Shown here: piece by piece, positions 29,446-38,125 of the stretch | Position numbering within the stretch: position 1 is the stretch's first letter | Layout: every line of letters begins with the position of its first letter | Source of the DNA: Minisyncoccota bacterium | GTDB taxonomy: Bacteria; Patescibacteriota; Minisyncoccia; Phycocordibacterales; Phycocordibacteraceae | Length of the DNA stretch: 64,000 bases | Reading direction: 5' to 3' | Assembly: GCA_035627655.1 (NCBI GenBank) | Contig: DASPLI010000001.1 | Location: 112,991 to 176,990, forward strand | Translations under genes and position numbers: made by a program | The notes under the pieces: generated by a model | Told to the model about the DNA's origin: nothing | What the model saw: only the letters and a program-made list of their open reading frames with translations | Database searches by the model: none

Positions 29446-29838
29446 CTATCCGATAACGACTTTGAAACCACCGTACGCCATGCGCTGCATCTCAAACGGC
29501 ATTGGCTGATTCGCCCACTTCGGGTCGTTCATGGCGGGATCTTTCATGACTTTCGCATTCACGCTATCCCGATGCGCTTTCGAACGGAATGTAATGTAGG
29601 AGAACCACACCGTCTCCCCCGCTTTTGCCTTGGCGAGCGCTGGAAACGCCTGCGGACGCATGTTCTTGGATCCCTTGGGACGCAGGTCGTCGCCCATGCA
29701 CTCTTTGTAATCAAGTGCTCCGTGCTTGAGCCAAAGCTTCTTTCCCACAGAAGCCATCTTGCGATAAGCATCGATATTCTTATTCGGCACAACAAACACA
29801 AATCCGTCTACGTACTTTGCAGCGTGTGGTTTTTTCAT
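29446..29838 (-). CDS. DUF1428-family protein
   Basis: Start at MKKPHAAKYVDGFVFVVPNKNIDAYRKMASVGKKLWLKHGALDYKECMGDD...TVWFSYITFRSKAHRDSVNAKVMKDPAM..., matching the DUF1428 (YdhG-like) pattern. Confidence 0.6.
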   Translation of the reverse strand: MKKPHAAKYVDGFVFVVPNKNIDAYRKMASVGKKLWLKHGALDYKECMGDDLRPKGSKNMRPQAFPALAKAKAGETVWFSYITFRSKAHRDSVNAKVMKDPAMNDPKWANQPMPFEMQRMAYGGFKVVIG

Positions 29839-29916
29839 GTCAGGAAGTATAGCAAATTTGACTTCTAAGCTCTCCACGATCATTATGCGCACCGGCATGA
29901 ACCTTGGGAGAACATC

Positions 29917-30285
29917 ATGCGTAGACTGCTGAGTGAAACGGAACTTCGCAGCTTCAACCTGAACGAAGACTATCGGTACCGCTATCAGGCGGAATCGTTC
30001 GTCGCGAGCGCCTGCATCATTCTCGATGCAAAATCAGCCAACTGGTTCAACGAGCTTGATCTGAATTACGTACGGACAGAAAGCCCGTATCGAGCTCTCG
30101 AGCACATCGAGAAGTTCTTCAAAGAAGAAACGCAACCACGTGATCTGACGGTCGAGATCGAGGAGGTGCTTGGCATCATTGAGTCTGCTGGTGCAGACGC
30201 CAAGCATTTGACCGCTGCCTGGATCGACGAGATTACGATGCGCCGAGCAAAGCGCTTCATGCGCAACCTGATGAACCTTTTCTAA
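29917..30285 (+). CDS. Hypothetical protein
   Basis: 122 aa. RBS GGGAGAA before the ATG, a TTGACT-17-CATTAT promoter-like element upstream, and a strong terminator downstream. Confidence 0.45.
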   Translation: MRRLLSETELRSFNLNEDYRYRYQAESFVASACIILDAKSANWFNELDLNYVRTESPYRALEHIEKFFKEETQPRDLTVEIEEVLGIIESAGADAKHLTAAWIDEITMRRAKRFMRNLMNLF

Positions 30286-30290
30286 TCGTG

Positions 30291-30326
30291 CAGACGGCCC
30301 GCTTCGTGCGGGCCGTCTTTCGTTTA
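30291..30326 (+). terminator. Intrinsic terminator
   Basis: AGACGGCCCGC-TTCGT-GCGGGCCGTCT followed by TTCGTTT. It overlaps the glyQS stop on the other strand. Confidence 0.6.
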
Positions 30327-31694
30327 TCCAAGCTTTGCAAGCAGCTCCCCAATTGGCACACGTTCCTGCGCTCCCGTATCGCGATCACGTACAGTAACAG
30401 TGTCGTCTTCAAGCGTATCGAAGTCGATGGTGATGCATGCGGGCGTACCAATCTCGTCCTGACGTCGGTAGCGCTTCCCAATGTTTCCATTGTCGTCAAA
30501 CTCAACCATCATTTCCTTGGCGAGCATCTTATAGACTTCGCGCGCTTTTGAGACAAGTTCTGGCTTGTTGCGCAGAAGCGGGAAGACTGCCGCCTTGATT
30601 GGCGCCAGCTGCTTGGGGAAGCGCAGAACAGTGCGCGTATCTTCGCCAAGCGTATCCTGGTCGTAAAACTCCGTCAGTACCGCAAGGAACGTACGGTCAA
30701 GACCTACGGAGGTCTCAACGATATGCGGTACGAACTTCTTCCCTTCTTCGTCCGTGTACGAGAGGTCAGTGCTAGAGAACTTCTGGTGCTGTGTCAGGTC
30801 GTAATCGCCGCGCGCATGAATACCCTCAAGTTCCTTAAAGCCAAACGGGAATCGGTACTCAATGTCCCATGCTGCCTTTGCATAGAAGACGAGATTCTCA
30901 TGCTCATGCCACTGGAGATTCTCCCGCTTGAATCCAAGGTCGAGGTAGTACTGGAAGCGCTTCTCTCGCCACTCTTCATAGATACGCATCTCATCTTCTG
31001 GACGGACGAACATCTGCATTTCCATTTGCTCAAATTCGCGCTTGCGGAAGATGTACTGTCGCGGCGCGATCTCGTTGCGAAACGCCTTACCGATCTGCGC
31101 GATACCGAATGGCACCTTAACGCGGACCGTATCGAGTACGTTCTTAAAGTTTATGTAAATGCCCTGGCAGGTTTCTCCGCGCAGATATGTCGGCTCCTGC
31201 GTCCAATCTTCAGAAAAGTTTCCGAGGTTCGACTGCACCAGGAGGTTAAAGCGCTTTACTGGCGTAAAATCTTTCTTGCCACAGTTCGGGCAAACGATTT
31301 CTTTTCGATGCGCGTCGAAGATCGTATTGATCTCCTCGATGCTCATCTTTTCGTCGGCAAATGCTCCCACTGCCTCAAGCAGATGATCAGCGCGCGAGCG
31401 CGTGTTGCAGGCACGACATTCAACCAGCGGATCGGAGAAGCCACCGACATGGCCAGACGCCTCCCACACCTTTGGATGCGTGAAGATTGCGGAGTCGAGT
31501 CCGACAATATTCTCCTCTTCTTGCACCATGGCCTTGCGCCAGGCACTCCGGATATTCTCCGCAAGCAATGCGCCATATGGGCCGAAGTCATAGGTGCCTG
31601 GGAATCCGCCGTAGATCTCGGATCCGGGGTATACAAATCCGCGTCGCTTGGCGAGCGAAACAATGTCTTCAAGTGTTGGCGTGGTTTTTTCCAT
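30324..31694 (-). CDS. glyQS: Glycyl-tRNA synthetase (alpha2 dimeric, class II)
   Basis: 456 aa. MEKTTPTLEDIVSLAKRRGFVYPGSEIYGGFPGTYDFGPYGALL... is the hallmark N-terminus of alpha2 GlyRS. The class II motifs are present. Confidence 0.85.
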   Translation of the reverse strand: MEKTTPTLEDIVSLAKRRGFVYPGSEIYGGFPGTYDFGPYGALLAENIRSAWRKAMVQEEENIVGLDSAIFTHPKVWEASGHVGGFSDPLVECRACNTRSRADHLLEAVGAFADEKMSIEEINTIFDAHRKEIVCPNCGKKDFTPVKRFNLLVQSNLGNFSEDWTQEPTYLRGETCQGIYINFKNVLDTVRVKVPFGIAQIGKAFRNEIAPRQYIFRKREFEQMEMQMFVRPEDEMRIYEEWREKRFQYYLDLGFKRENLQWHEHENLVFYAKAAWDIEYRFPFGFKELEGIHARGDYDLTQHQKFSSTDLSYTDEEGKKFVPHIVETSVGLDRTFLAVLTEFYDQDTLGEDTRTVLRFPKQLAPIKAAVFPLLRNKPELVSKAREVYKMLAKEMMVEFDDNGNIGKRYRRQDEIGTPACITIDFDTLEDDTVTVRDRDTGAQERVPIGELLAKLG

Positions 31695-31698
31695 GATG

Positions 31699-33582
31699 TT
31701 ACTTAACGGTTCCCTTCTCTATCGTATAGGACGGATCTGAGGTTGCCTGAATATTAATTTCACGCACGGTTTGTGATACCTGTTGCTGCACGAAACGGTC
31801 AAAGCCTGCAATAACCATATCCGAAGTAAGTTCCGGACTTGTACCTTTTTGCGTAGTGCTTGGCAAGAGTTCAACCTGGAAGGCGCCCTCCTTGGTTGTA
31901 GCAGCTGCCATTTCTCCTACCGACCAGGTCATCGTACGGGATGCTTCGTCAAAGGTAATTGCTCCGACGGGCGTCACCTGGCCGGTAAAGCGAACGTAGG
32001 GTGGCAGCGTAGCGGTAACGGTCGCATCGGCAACCGAGTTGACCGTATTCTTCGCCGTGAGCAGGACTGTGTATGTTGTTTTCTGCTCTGCGACTGGCGG
32101 CCACGGACCCGTATTGGTAAATGGTCCGGTTGAGTACATCGTACGAGCAGTCAGGGAGAGATCAGTTGCTACTTTAAGCGTACGGGTTAGCGTCGAGGTA
32201 ACGGTCTCCGGCACCTTATCAGCCCCAACGCGTGTTCCGGCGACGGATACGGAGAGCGTAATCACCGGCTGACGAAGCGACGCCATCGCTGAGCCACTCT
32301 TCGTGCCAAAGAGAAACGATCCGCTACCTGTTTCTCCCGGTGCGAGATTCGCGAGTCGTTCGTTGGTCGAAACATCAAAGACAACCGTGCGGTCGGAAGA
32401 ACGGTAAAAGCCGCCACTTGCTTTTACGCTTCCCGGATCGAATGCGTCTCCCGAGATAGCAACGGTGAGCCGAGCATTAGTTACCGGTGTCGAGAGTGTG
32501 TTCTGCCATGACAGAAGCGCTGAGGTCATTTCATTGCTCTGAATCACAACCGTGTCCGAAGTATTGCGATCAATACCGAGCGAAACCGCAAGAAACGCTT
32601 TCGTGATTGAAACTGCCGCTTCTTTCGTACTGTATGGAATGCCGAGGTCGTTTGAACCAGTGGCACGCAGTGTGCCGACGGAGAAATGGAATACCCGCTC
32701 CTCCCCTTCAAGACCGGTTAGCGGTCCTTCGATGGTAATTTGTTTCTCCTCTCCAGGGCGAAGCGTGCCAAGTACAAAGAGGTCACCGACCGGAACCAGC
32801 GATGTTCTCGTTGGCGAGAAGCCGAACGGATAGTCTGCGCGTACCGCTACGTTCTCAAGCGCGCTTAGAGCATTGGAACGCACCGTAACGGTCAGCTTGA
32901 GCGGTTGTCCTGCTGAAATTTCCGAGAGTGTATCGACAGAAAGCGTAACAGGCGCGGTCGCAATCACCAGGTCGTACGAACGTTTTGAGACAAAAGTAGC
33001 GTTCGACTTTTCCGTCTGGTACTCAACCGTAATAGGAATGGAAACCTTGCTATTCTCCTCTCCAAAGAAGGTTGCGCGTACAGTTTTTCGAACGCTCTCG
33101 CCTGCTGGGATAGTGCCGAGCTCTTCAACCACACTGGTAAGTTCTTCTGATCCATCAGCCGCAGCATACACGCCCTCAGGGAACGCGAGTTCGAGCGTTG
33201 CGTCCTGAATAGCGCTTGGATTCTCGTTGGTGACGGTAATGAGGAGCGACACGCTCTCCCCTCCCGATACCGTTGTTGGACCCTCGACGTTGATATCGAG
33301 GTGGTCGCTTGAAAGCGAACGGCCGCCAAGGAATAGGACGACTGCAGCAACAATGCCGGCAAGCACAAAAAAGCCAACGGCAAATATGAGAAACAGTGCC
33401 GGACCAGAGAAGCGCGGCGGGCGGCTTTCTGGAGCCGGTCCTTCCTCATGCTTCCATCCTTCCGGTTTTGCCGGAGCAAAGTTTTGGAGCGGCTCTGCCT
33501 TGATCCCGTCGACGGGCACCGGGTCGTACAACCGATCGCGCGCTCTTCCTAGCGGACTCTCGCCATTATCTCGTTCGGACAT
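31699..33582 (-). CDS. Hypothetical large membrane-anchored surface protein with repeated beta-sandwich-like (CARDB/DUF11-like) segments
   Basis: 627 aa. N-terminal cytoplasmic tail plus one TM helix (ALFLIFAVGFFVLAGIVAAVVLFLGG), then ~520 aa of T/S/V-rich repeats. No enzyme motifs. Confidence 0.5.
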   Translation of the reverse strand: MSERDNGESPLGRARDRLYDPVPVDGIKAEPLQNFAPAKPEGWKHEEGPAPESRPPRFSGPALFLIFAVGFFVLAGIVAAVVLFLGGRSLSSDHLDINVEGPTTVSGGESVSLLITVTNENPSAIQDATLELAFPEGVYAAADGSEELTSVVEELGTIPAGESVRKTVRATFFGEENSKVSIPITVEYQTEKSNATFVSKRSYDLVIATAPVTLSVDTLSEISAGQPLKLTVTVRSNALSALENVAVRADYPFGFSPTRTSLVPVGDLFVLGTLRPGEEKQITIEGPLTGLEGEERVFHFSVGTLRATGSNDLGIPYSTKEAAVSITKAFLAVSLGIDRNTSDTVVIQSNEMTSALLSWQNTLSTPVTNARLTVAISGDAFDPGSVKASGGFYRSSDRTVVFDVSTNERLANLAPGETGSGSFLFGTKSGSAMASLRQPVITLSVSVAGTRVGADKVPETVTSTLTRTLKVATDLSLTARTMYSTGPFTNTGPWPPVAEQKTTYTVLLTAKNTVNSVADATVTATLPPYVRFTGQVTPVGAITFDEASRTMTWSVGEMAAATTKEGAFQVELLPSTTQKGTSPELTSDMVIAGFDRFVQQQVSQTVREINIQATSDPSYTIEKGTVK

Positions 33583-33605
33583 TACGAGACAGTATACCGT
33601 GCCTA

Positions 33606-34166
33606 TCAGAGACCCGAAGCAGAGAGGCCTCGATTTATTTTTCGAATGTAGTCGCTGCGTTCCTGAGTAATCTTCTCTAGAAGCTCCCCTGCGTAGCCAG
33701 TTTCTGGGAGCGCTGTGTCTGCCAAACCAAGGAAGGTTAGAAGACGGAGTGCAACGAGCGTTTCAGCGGCATCGGCCTGTGCCTCACTGAGTGTCGGCAG
33801 TACTTCAAGAAATTCTGCAAAAAGTGTGAACGGTATTGGATCGTTAGCTTCGCCGTGTATGAGACGAAGCATCAGGCTCGCAATTCGTCCGGCTCGCTTA
33901 CGACCGTCGGGAGATAGATCACGAAAGCGGTTATGAACAAGATTGGCACCTGAGAGTCGCCATCCGTCCTTGCCGCGCACCAAGATAACGTCACACTCGG
34001 CAAACGTCTGGACCGCTCCGGCAAGCTTCGCCCCGGGCTTTCGGATTCCCTGCGCACGGGCGCGAATCAAACCGAATTCTTCGGTAAGCATCGAGAGCGA
34101 AGCGCTCGCTTCTGCAAGTGGCGTGCGGGCAAGCACAATCCCTCGCGTACCGTATCTAGGACGCAT
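33606..34166 (-). CDS. recO: DNA repair protein RecO (short form)
   Basis: 186 aa. ...RGIVLARTPLAEASASLSMLTEEFGLIRARAQGIRKPGAKLAGAVQTFAECDVILVRGKDGWRLSGANLV matches the RecO N-terminal OB domain pattern. It overlaps the ileS 3' end by 11 nt. Confidence 0.6.
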   Translation of the reverse strand: MRPRYGTRGIVLARTPLAEASASLSMLTEEFGLIRARAQGIRKPGAKLAGAVQTFAECDVILVRGKDGWRLSGANLVHNRFRDLSPDGRKRAGRIASLMLRLIHGEANDPIPFTLFAEFLEVLPTLSEAQADAAETLVALRLLTFLGLADTALPETGYAGELLEKITQERSDYIRKINRGLSASGL

Positions 34167-37100
34167 CTCGCTTCAGGTCGAACTGCAGCGCGCCAGTCGA
34201 GAGCTGGACGCTGTACGGTCCTTCCCCGCGAACAACCGTTACTGTGTCTTTCGGAGATAGGCCGAGAGTCTTTCGCGCATCAGCAACTGCGCGCGCCAGC
34301 TCGCGCTCATCTCCTTCCTGGATGAGTGCGGGTGTGAGATTGGTATCAAGCTGCATCTCAGCCGCCTGCTGGCGAACCTCTTTGACGTTCACCTCATCCT
34401 TGAGAATCGCGACGAGCTCCTCGGGAAGCGTTCCTGAGATGGAAAGCGTGGCAAGCGGCTGGCGCACTTTAATATTCGCCTTTTGTCGGAGCATGAGCGC
34501 CTCTGAAGCTATGGTGCGCGTACGTGCCATATCTTTAAGAAGTTGTGCATTCGGATTGCCGAACCAGCGGCGTGGCGCCTTTGGCCAGTCGCTGAGGTGT
34601 ACGCTTTCTGGATCGTGCTCCGTTCGCACGCTTCGGTACAACTCTTCGGCGACAAACGGGAGAACTGGCGCAGTGATCTTGGAGAACTCCATAAGAACGT
34701 GGCGAAGCGTCCGGAGCGCTGCCTGCTTGTCCTGTTCATCAGTACCCTTCATACGGTCGCGCGAGCGGCGCAGGTACCACGTGGATAGGTCTTCAATGAA
34801 ATCTCGGAACGGGCGGACGCCGCGAGGAATGTCATAGCGATCAAACGCATCTGTTACCGTTTGGAGTGTTTCTTCCAGGCGCGCAAGAATCCAACGATCG
34901 AGCGGATGCGCACTCTTCCCTGTCTTCTGCTCATCAAGATCACCAGCGTAGAGGAGATAGAATGACAGTACGTTTCGAAGCATGTTGACGATACGTGCAT
35001 GCGCGTCTTTGACATCATCGTCACGGAATTGCAGATCTTCCGCTTGCATTACGGGACTTGCAAGCAGGTAGTAGCGGAATGCGTCGGCGCCATATTGATC
35101 GAAGAGCGCGTACGGGTCGGTGTAGTTACCCTTACTCTTCGAAAGCTTGGCGCCATCTTTGGCAAGCACGGTTCCAGTCGTAACTACATGGCGGAACGGC
35201 GCACGGCCGAACAGTTCAACGGAGATCGCGTGCATGTAGTAGAACCAGGCGCGCGTCTGTCCGATATATTCCGATACGAAATCTCCTGGAGAGCGCTTTT
35301 CAAATACGCCGCGGTTTTCAAACGGATAGTGATATTCGGCAAACGGCATTGAGCCGGACTCTACCCAGCAGTCCACCACTTCCGGCGTACGTGTAAGTGG
35401 CTTGCCGTCTTTCTCAAGCGTTACACGATCAAGATACGGCAAATGCAGATCAAGGTCATAGTCGCGATTGTGCGGCAGCGGCACGAAGTCGAGCTGCTTT
35501 GCTGTTCCGCGATCAAGATACGTAATCGATTCGATCATCTCGCGCGGTTTACCGCTTGCGACAAAGAACAGCATCCAGATCGGGTCGCCATGGGAAACAA
35601 TCAGAATGCGTTTGCCCTGATGCTTTTCTTCAAGCTCGTAGAGAAATTCAGCGACGCGTCGGCGCACCTGTTCATAGGACTCGCCACCTTCCGGACCATG
35701 CAGAAAACGTTTTGGAACATCACGCTCGTACGCTCGGTACTCCTCGTATTTTTTTCCCTCGAACACGCCGACTTCGATCTCTCGCAACCGGAGGTCGGTA
35801 ACGATCGCATCGGGCGAAATACCAAGCAGGCCGGCCGCAATGCGCGCTGTCTCAAGCGTCCGCGTAAACGGCGAAGAAACGATGAGGTCAATGCCATCTG
35901 CCTTCAATTGCTCAACGGTTGCCACAACGTCCTGCTTCCCTTTATCAGTGAGGGTATGACCGGTTTCCGCGCCGCCTAGCACCGTGCTGTTGATGCCCGG
36001 AACATTATTTACTGCTTCTCCGTGGCGCAAGACGATATACGTATTGCCAGAAGTTTTCGTGAGTGACTTGAGCTCCTCCACCGAACCTACGACGGTAACG
36101 TTTCCTTCCGGATCCTTCCAGATTGGGAGCGGACTTGCCCAGAACCGGTTTCGAGAAATGGTCCAATCCGGCGCACTTTCAATAATCTTGCGGAAGCGCC
36201 CTTCCTTGAGGTGGTCAGGTGCCCAAGAGATATTTTTGTTCTCCGCGAGCATTTGGTCTTTCACCGCCTGGATGTTGATGAACCACGATGAAACTGCGTT
36301 ATAGATGAGTGGTGTGCCGCAGCGATAGCAGTGCGGATACGAGTGCGTATGCATCCCGCGCGCAAACATAAGCCCGCGCGCCTCCAGATCTTCCTTGATA
36401 GGCGCTTCCGCTTTTTTCAGGTACTGGCCGCGAACGAATTCTGGCGCATCATCATTGAACGTACCGTTTGGCTGCAAAAGCGGAACCATTGGAAGTCCTT
36501 CTTTCTGGCCAAGCGCGTAATCGTCTTCGCCGTAAATGACGGCGGTATGCACAATGCCGGTTCCGTCATCAGTCGTAACAAAGTCTGCAGGAAGCACCAT
36601 CCACTTCTTCCCTTCCGATGCGGCAACCTTTGCAATAGCGTAGAGCGGCTCATAGGAAATTCCCGCCAACTCTTTTCCCGTAAGCGTGCGGGTCGGTGCT
36701 GCAAGTCCGAGAGATTCCGCGCGAGTGGTAGCGGCAACGTAGTGCACGTCATCTTGCTTGTAGATGCCGTATGTAATGTCTGGACCGACCGCTAACCCAA
36801 CGTTTCCGGGAAGCGTCCACGGCGTCGTAGTCCATGCGAGCAAATAGGTGTTCGAGGGTAGCCCATGCGTTTCTGGATCACACACCTTGAACTTCACGGT
36901 CACAGCTTCTTCCGTGATGTCCTTATAGGTGTTGTCCATGGCGATCTCCGCCTTAGCAAGCGGCGTTTCGCAATGAGTGCAGTACATCAGCACCTTTCTT
37001 CCCTCATAGAGACGTCCTTTTTTGTGGATTTCTTTAAGGCCCCACCACACGCTTTCCATGAAGGTTGGATCCATGGTCTTGTAGGAATTGTCGAAGTCGA

Positions 37101-37518
37101 CAAAGCGGCCGAGGCGGTCGATGTAGCGCTTCCAGTCATGTACGTACTCAAGCACCATCGAGCGCGCCGTCTCATTGAACGTCTCGATGCCGATAGAAAG
37201 AATTTCTTTCTTATTCTTGAGCCCAAGCTTCTTCTCAACCAAGGATTCGATCGGCAGACCATGCGTATCCCACCCCCAGCGGCGGCGCACGCGATATCCG
37301 CGCATCGTTTTGTAGCGCGGCACCATGTCCTTTGCCGTTGAAGAAAGGAGTGACCCTTGGTGTGGTAAGCCGGTTGCAAACGGTGGGCCGTCGTAAAAGG
37401 TGTACTCCCCATTCGGAGCGGGCTTTTCAAGCGTCTTCTCGAAAATCTTCTGCTCTTTCCAAAATACCAAAACAGCTTCTTCGCGCTGTGCGGTTTCCGA
37501 CTTACCCTCAACTGCCAT
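34156..37518 (-). CDS. ileS: Isoleucyl-tRNA synthetase (type 2, eukaryote-like) with a ~195-aa histidine-phosphatase (PGAM-family) domain inserted in the catalytic core
   Basis: 1120-aa single ORF. HIGH region PFATGLPHQGSLL; CP1 editing motif WTTTPWTLPGNVGLAV; WTISRNRFWASPLPIW; KMSKS variant KLSKS; CWVESGSMPFAEYHYPFENRG. Between ...GSVEELKSLTKTSGN and DLDLHLPYLDRVTL lies TYIVLRHGEAVNN...SSPFTRTLETA...LREIEVGVFEGK...GPEGGESYEQVRRRV...KRILIVSHGDPIWML, containing the RHGE and SHG catalytic signatures of His_Phos_1. Insert is nt ~35455-36042. Confidence 0.9.
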   Translation of the reverse strand: MAVEGKSETAQREEAVLVFWKEQKIFEKTLEKPAPNGEYTFYDGPPFATGLPHQGSLLSSTAKDMVPRYKTMRGYRVRRRWGWDTHGLPIESLVEKKLGLKNKKEILSIGIETFNETARSMVLEYVHDWKRYIDRLGRFVDFDNSYKTMDPTFMESVWWGLKEIHKKGRLYEGRKVLMYCTHCETPLAKAEIAMDNTYKDITEEAVTVKFKVCDPETHGLPSNTYLLAWTTTPWTLPGNVGLAVGPDITYGIYKQDDVHYVAATTRAESLGLAAPTRTLTGKELAGISYEPLYAIAKVAASEGKKWMVLPADFVTTDDGTGIVHTAVIYGEDDYALGQKEGLPMVPLLQPNGTFNDDAPEFVRGQYLKKAEAPIKEDLEARGLMFARGMHTHSYPHCYRCGTPLIYNAVSSWFINIQAVKDQMLAENKNISWAPDHLKEGRFRKIIESAPDWTISRNRFWASPLPIWKDPEGNVTVVGSVEELKSLTKTSGNTYIVLRHGEAVNNVPGINSTVLGGAETGHTLTDKGKQDVVATVEQLKADGIDLIVSSPFTRTLETARIAAGLLGISPDAIVTDLRLREIEVGVFEGKKYEEYRAYERDVPKRFLHGPEGGESYEQVRRRVAEFLYELEEKHQGKRILIVSHGDPIWMLFFVASGKPREMIESITYLDRGTAKQLDFVPLPHNRDYDLDLHLPYLDRVTLEKDGKPLTRTPEVVDCWVESGSMPFAEYHYPFENRGVFEKRSPGDFVSEYIGQTRAWFYYMHAISVELFGRAPFRHVVTTGTVLAKDGAKLSKSKGNYTDPYALFDQYGADAFRYYLLASPVMQAEDLQFRDDDVKDAHARIVNMLRNVLSFYLLYAGDLDEQKTGKSAHPLDRWILARLEETLQTVTDAFDRYDIPRGVRPFRDFIEDLSTWYLRRSRDRMKGTDEQDKQAALRTLRHVLMEFSKITAPVLPFVAEELYRSVRTEHDPESVHLSDWPKAPRRWFGNPNAQLLKDMARTRTIASEALMLRQKANIKVRQPLATLSISGTLPEELVAILKDEVNVKEVRQQAAEMQLDTNLTPALIQEGDERELARAVADARKTLGLSPKDTVTVVRGEGPYSVQLSTGALQFDLKRDAS

Positions 37519-37540
37519 AATTCCCTTATCCTAGGCGGTT

Positions 37541-37580
37541 TGTGGATAAAAAGAAAGACCGGCGCGCTCGCGCCGGTCTT
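37541..37580 (-). terminator. Intrinsic terminator/attenuator ending ~22 nt upstream of the ileS start codon
   Basis: Perfect 12-bp hairpin AAGACCGGCGCG-CTC-GCGCCGGTCTT, followed on the minus strand by TCTTTTTATCC, then AAGGGAATT-ATG (ileS). Confidence 0.6.
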
Positions 37581-37807
37581 GGCCTTCATTACCGTTTCTT
37601 GCGAAGGCAATTGGTCGGGAGGATGTGCTGTGGCGCCATATCCTTTGTTGCGCGCGCCGCGAGAACTTTCGCTTCGTGCGCTTGAGACATAGGCGCGTAT
37701 CGGTCGCGGTTGTGAAGCGGTACCGATTCTTGCTGCATGGATTCTCTCCCTAATCTAAGCTCCCGAAAGAGCTATGGAGGCGTAGCGTAGCATATGAGCC
37801 TCATGCC

Positions 37808-37848
37808 GCAAGAGTAAAAGAACGGCCGACGTGTATTACGTCGGCCGT
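37808..37848 (-). terminator. Intrinsic terminator (end of an argS-downstream transcript; upstream boundary of the ileS leader)
   Basis: CGGCCGACG-TGTATTA-CGTCGGCCG hairpin, followed on the minus strand by TTCTTTTACTCTT. Confidence 0.5.
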
Positions 37849-38057
37849 GTGATCACGCCTGTTTCCGATTTCCAGACTTCGCCTGAACGCTGGGCTGCTG
37901 ACGTTCCTCCCGCCGCTTCAATTGCGAGCGTAGAAACATAAGTCGCACCGCGCCGGAGATACTGCGTGGCCTCATCTGAGCAAGGTCACGCGATGACAAA
38001 TCTTGAAAAGCAGAGACAGACGGATGGTGAGGGTTACCTTTCATGTTCTTCCCCCGT

Positions 38058-38089
38058 TTTGAAAAAACAATCGCGCGATTGCGCGACCA
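38058..38089 (-). terminator. Intrinsic terminator after argS
   Basis: TCGCGC-AATC-GCGCGA hairpin (palindromic CAATCGCGCGATTG), followed on the minus strand by TTGTTTTTTC. Confidence 0.5.
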
Positions 38090-38125
38090 AGGCACCATAC
38101 CACAGCCGTTTTCAGGACCGCAACC

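Noticed and set aside
37519-37810. Calling the ileS leader a T-box riboswitch outright
   Set aside because: Only a split partial match (AUUAGGG … GGUACCGC) to the T-box consensus was seen. A specifier loop could not be identified by eye.
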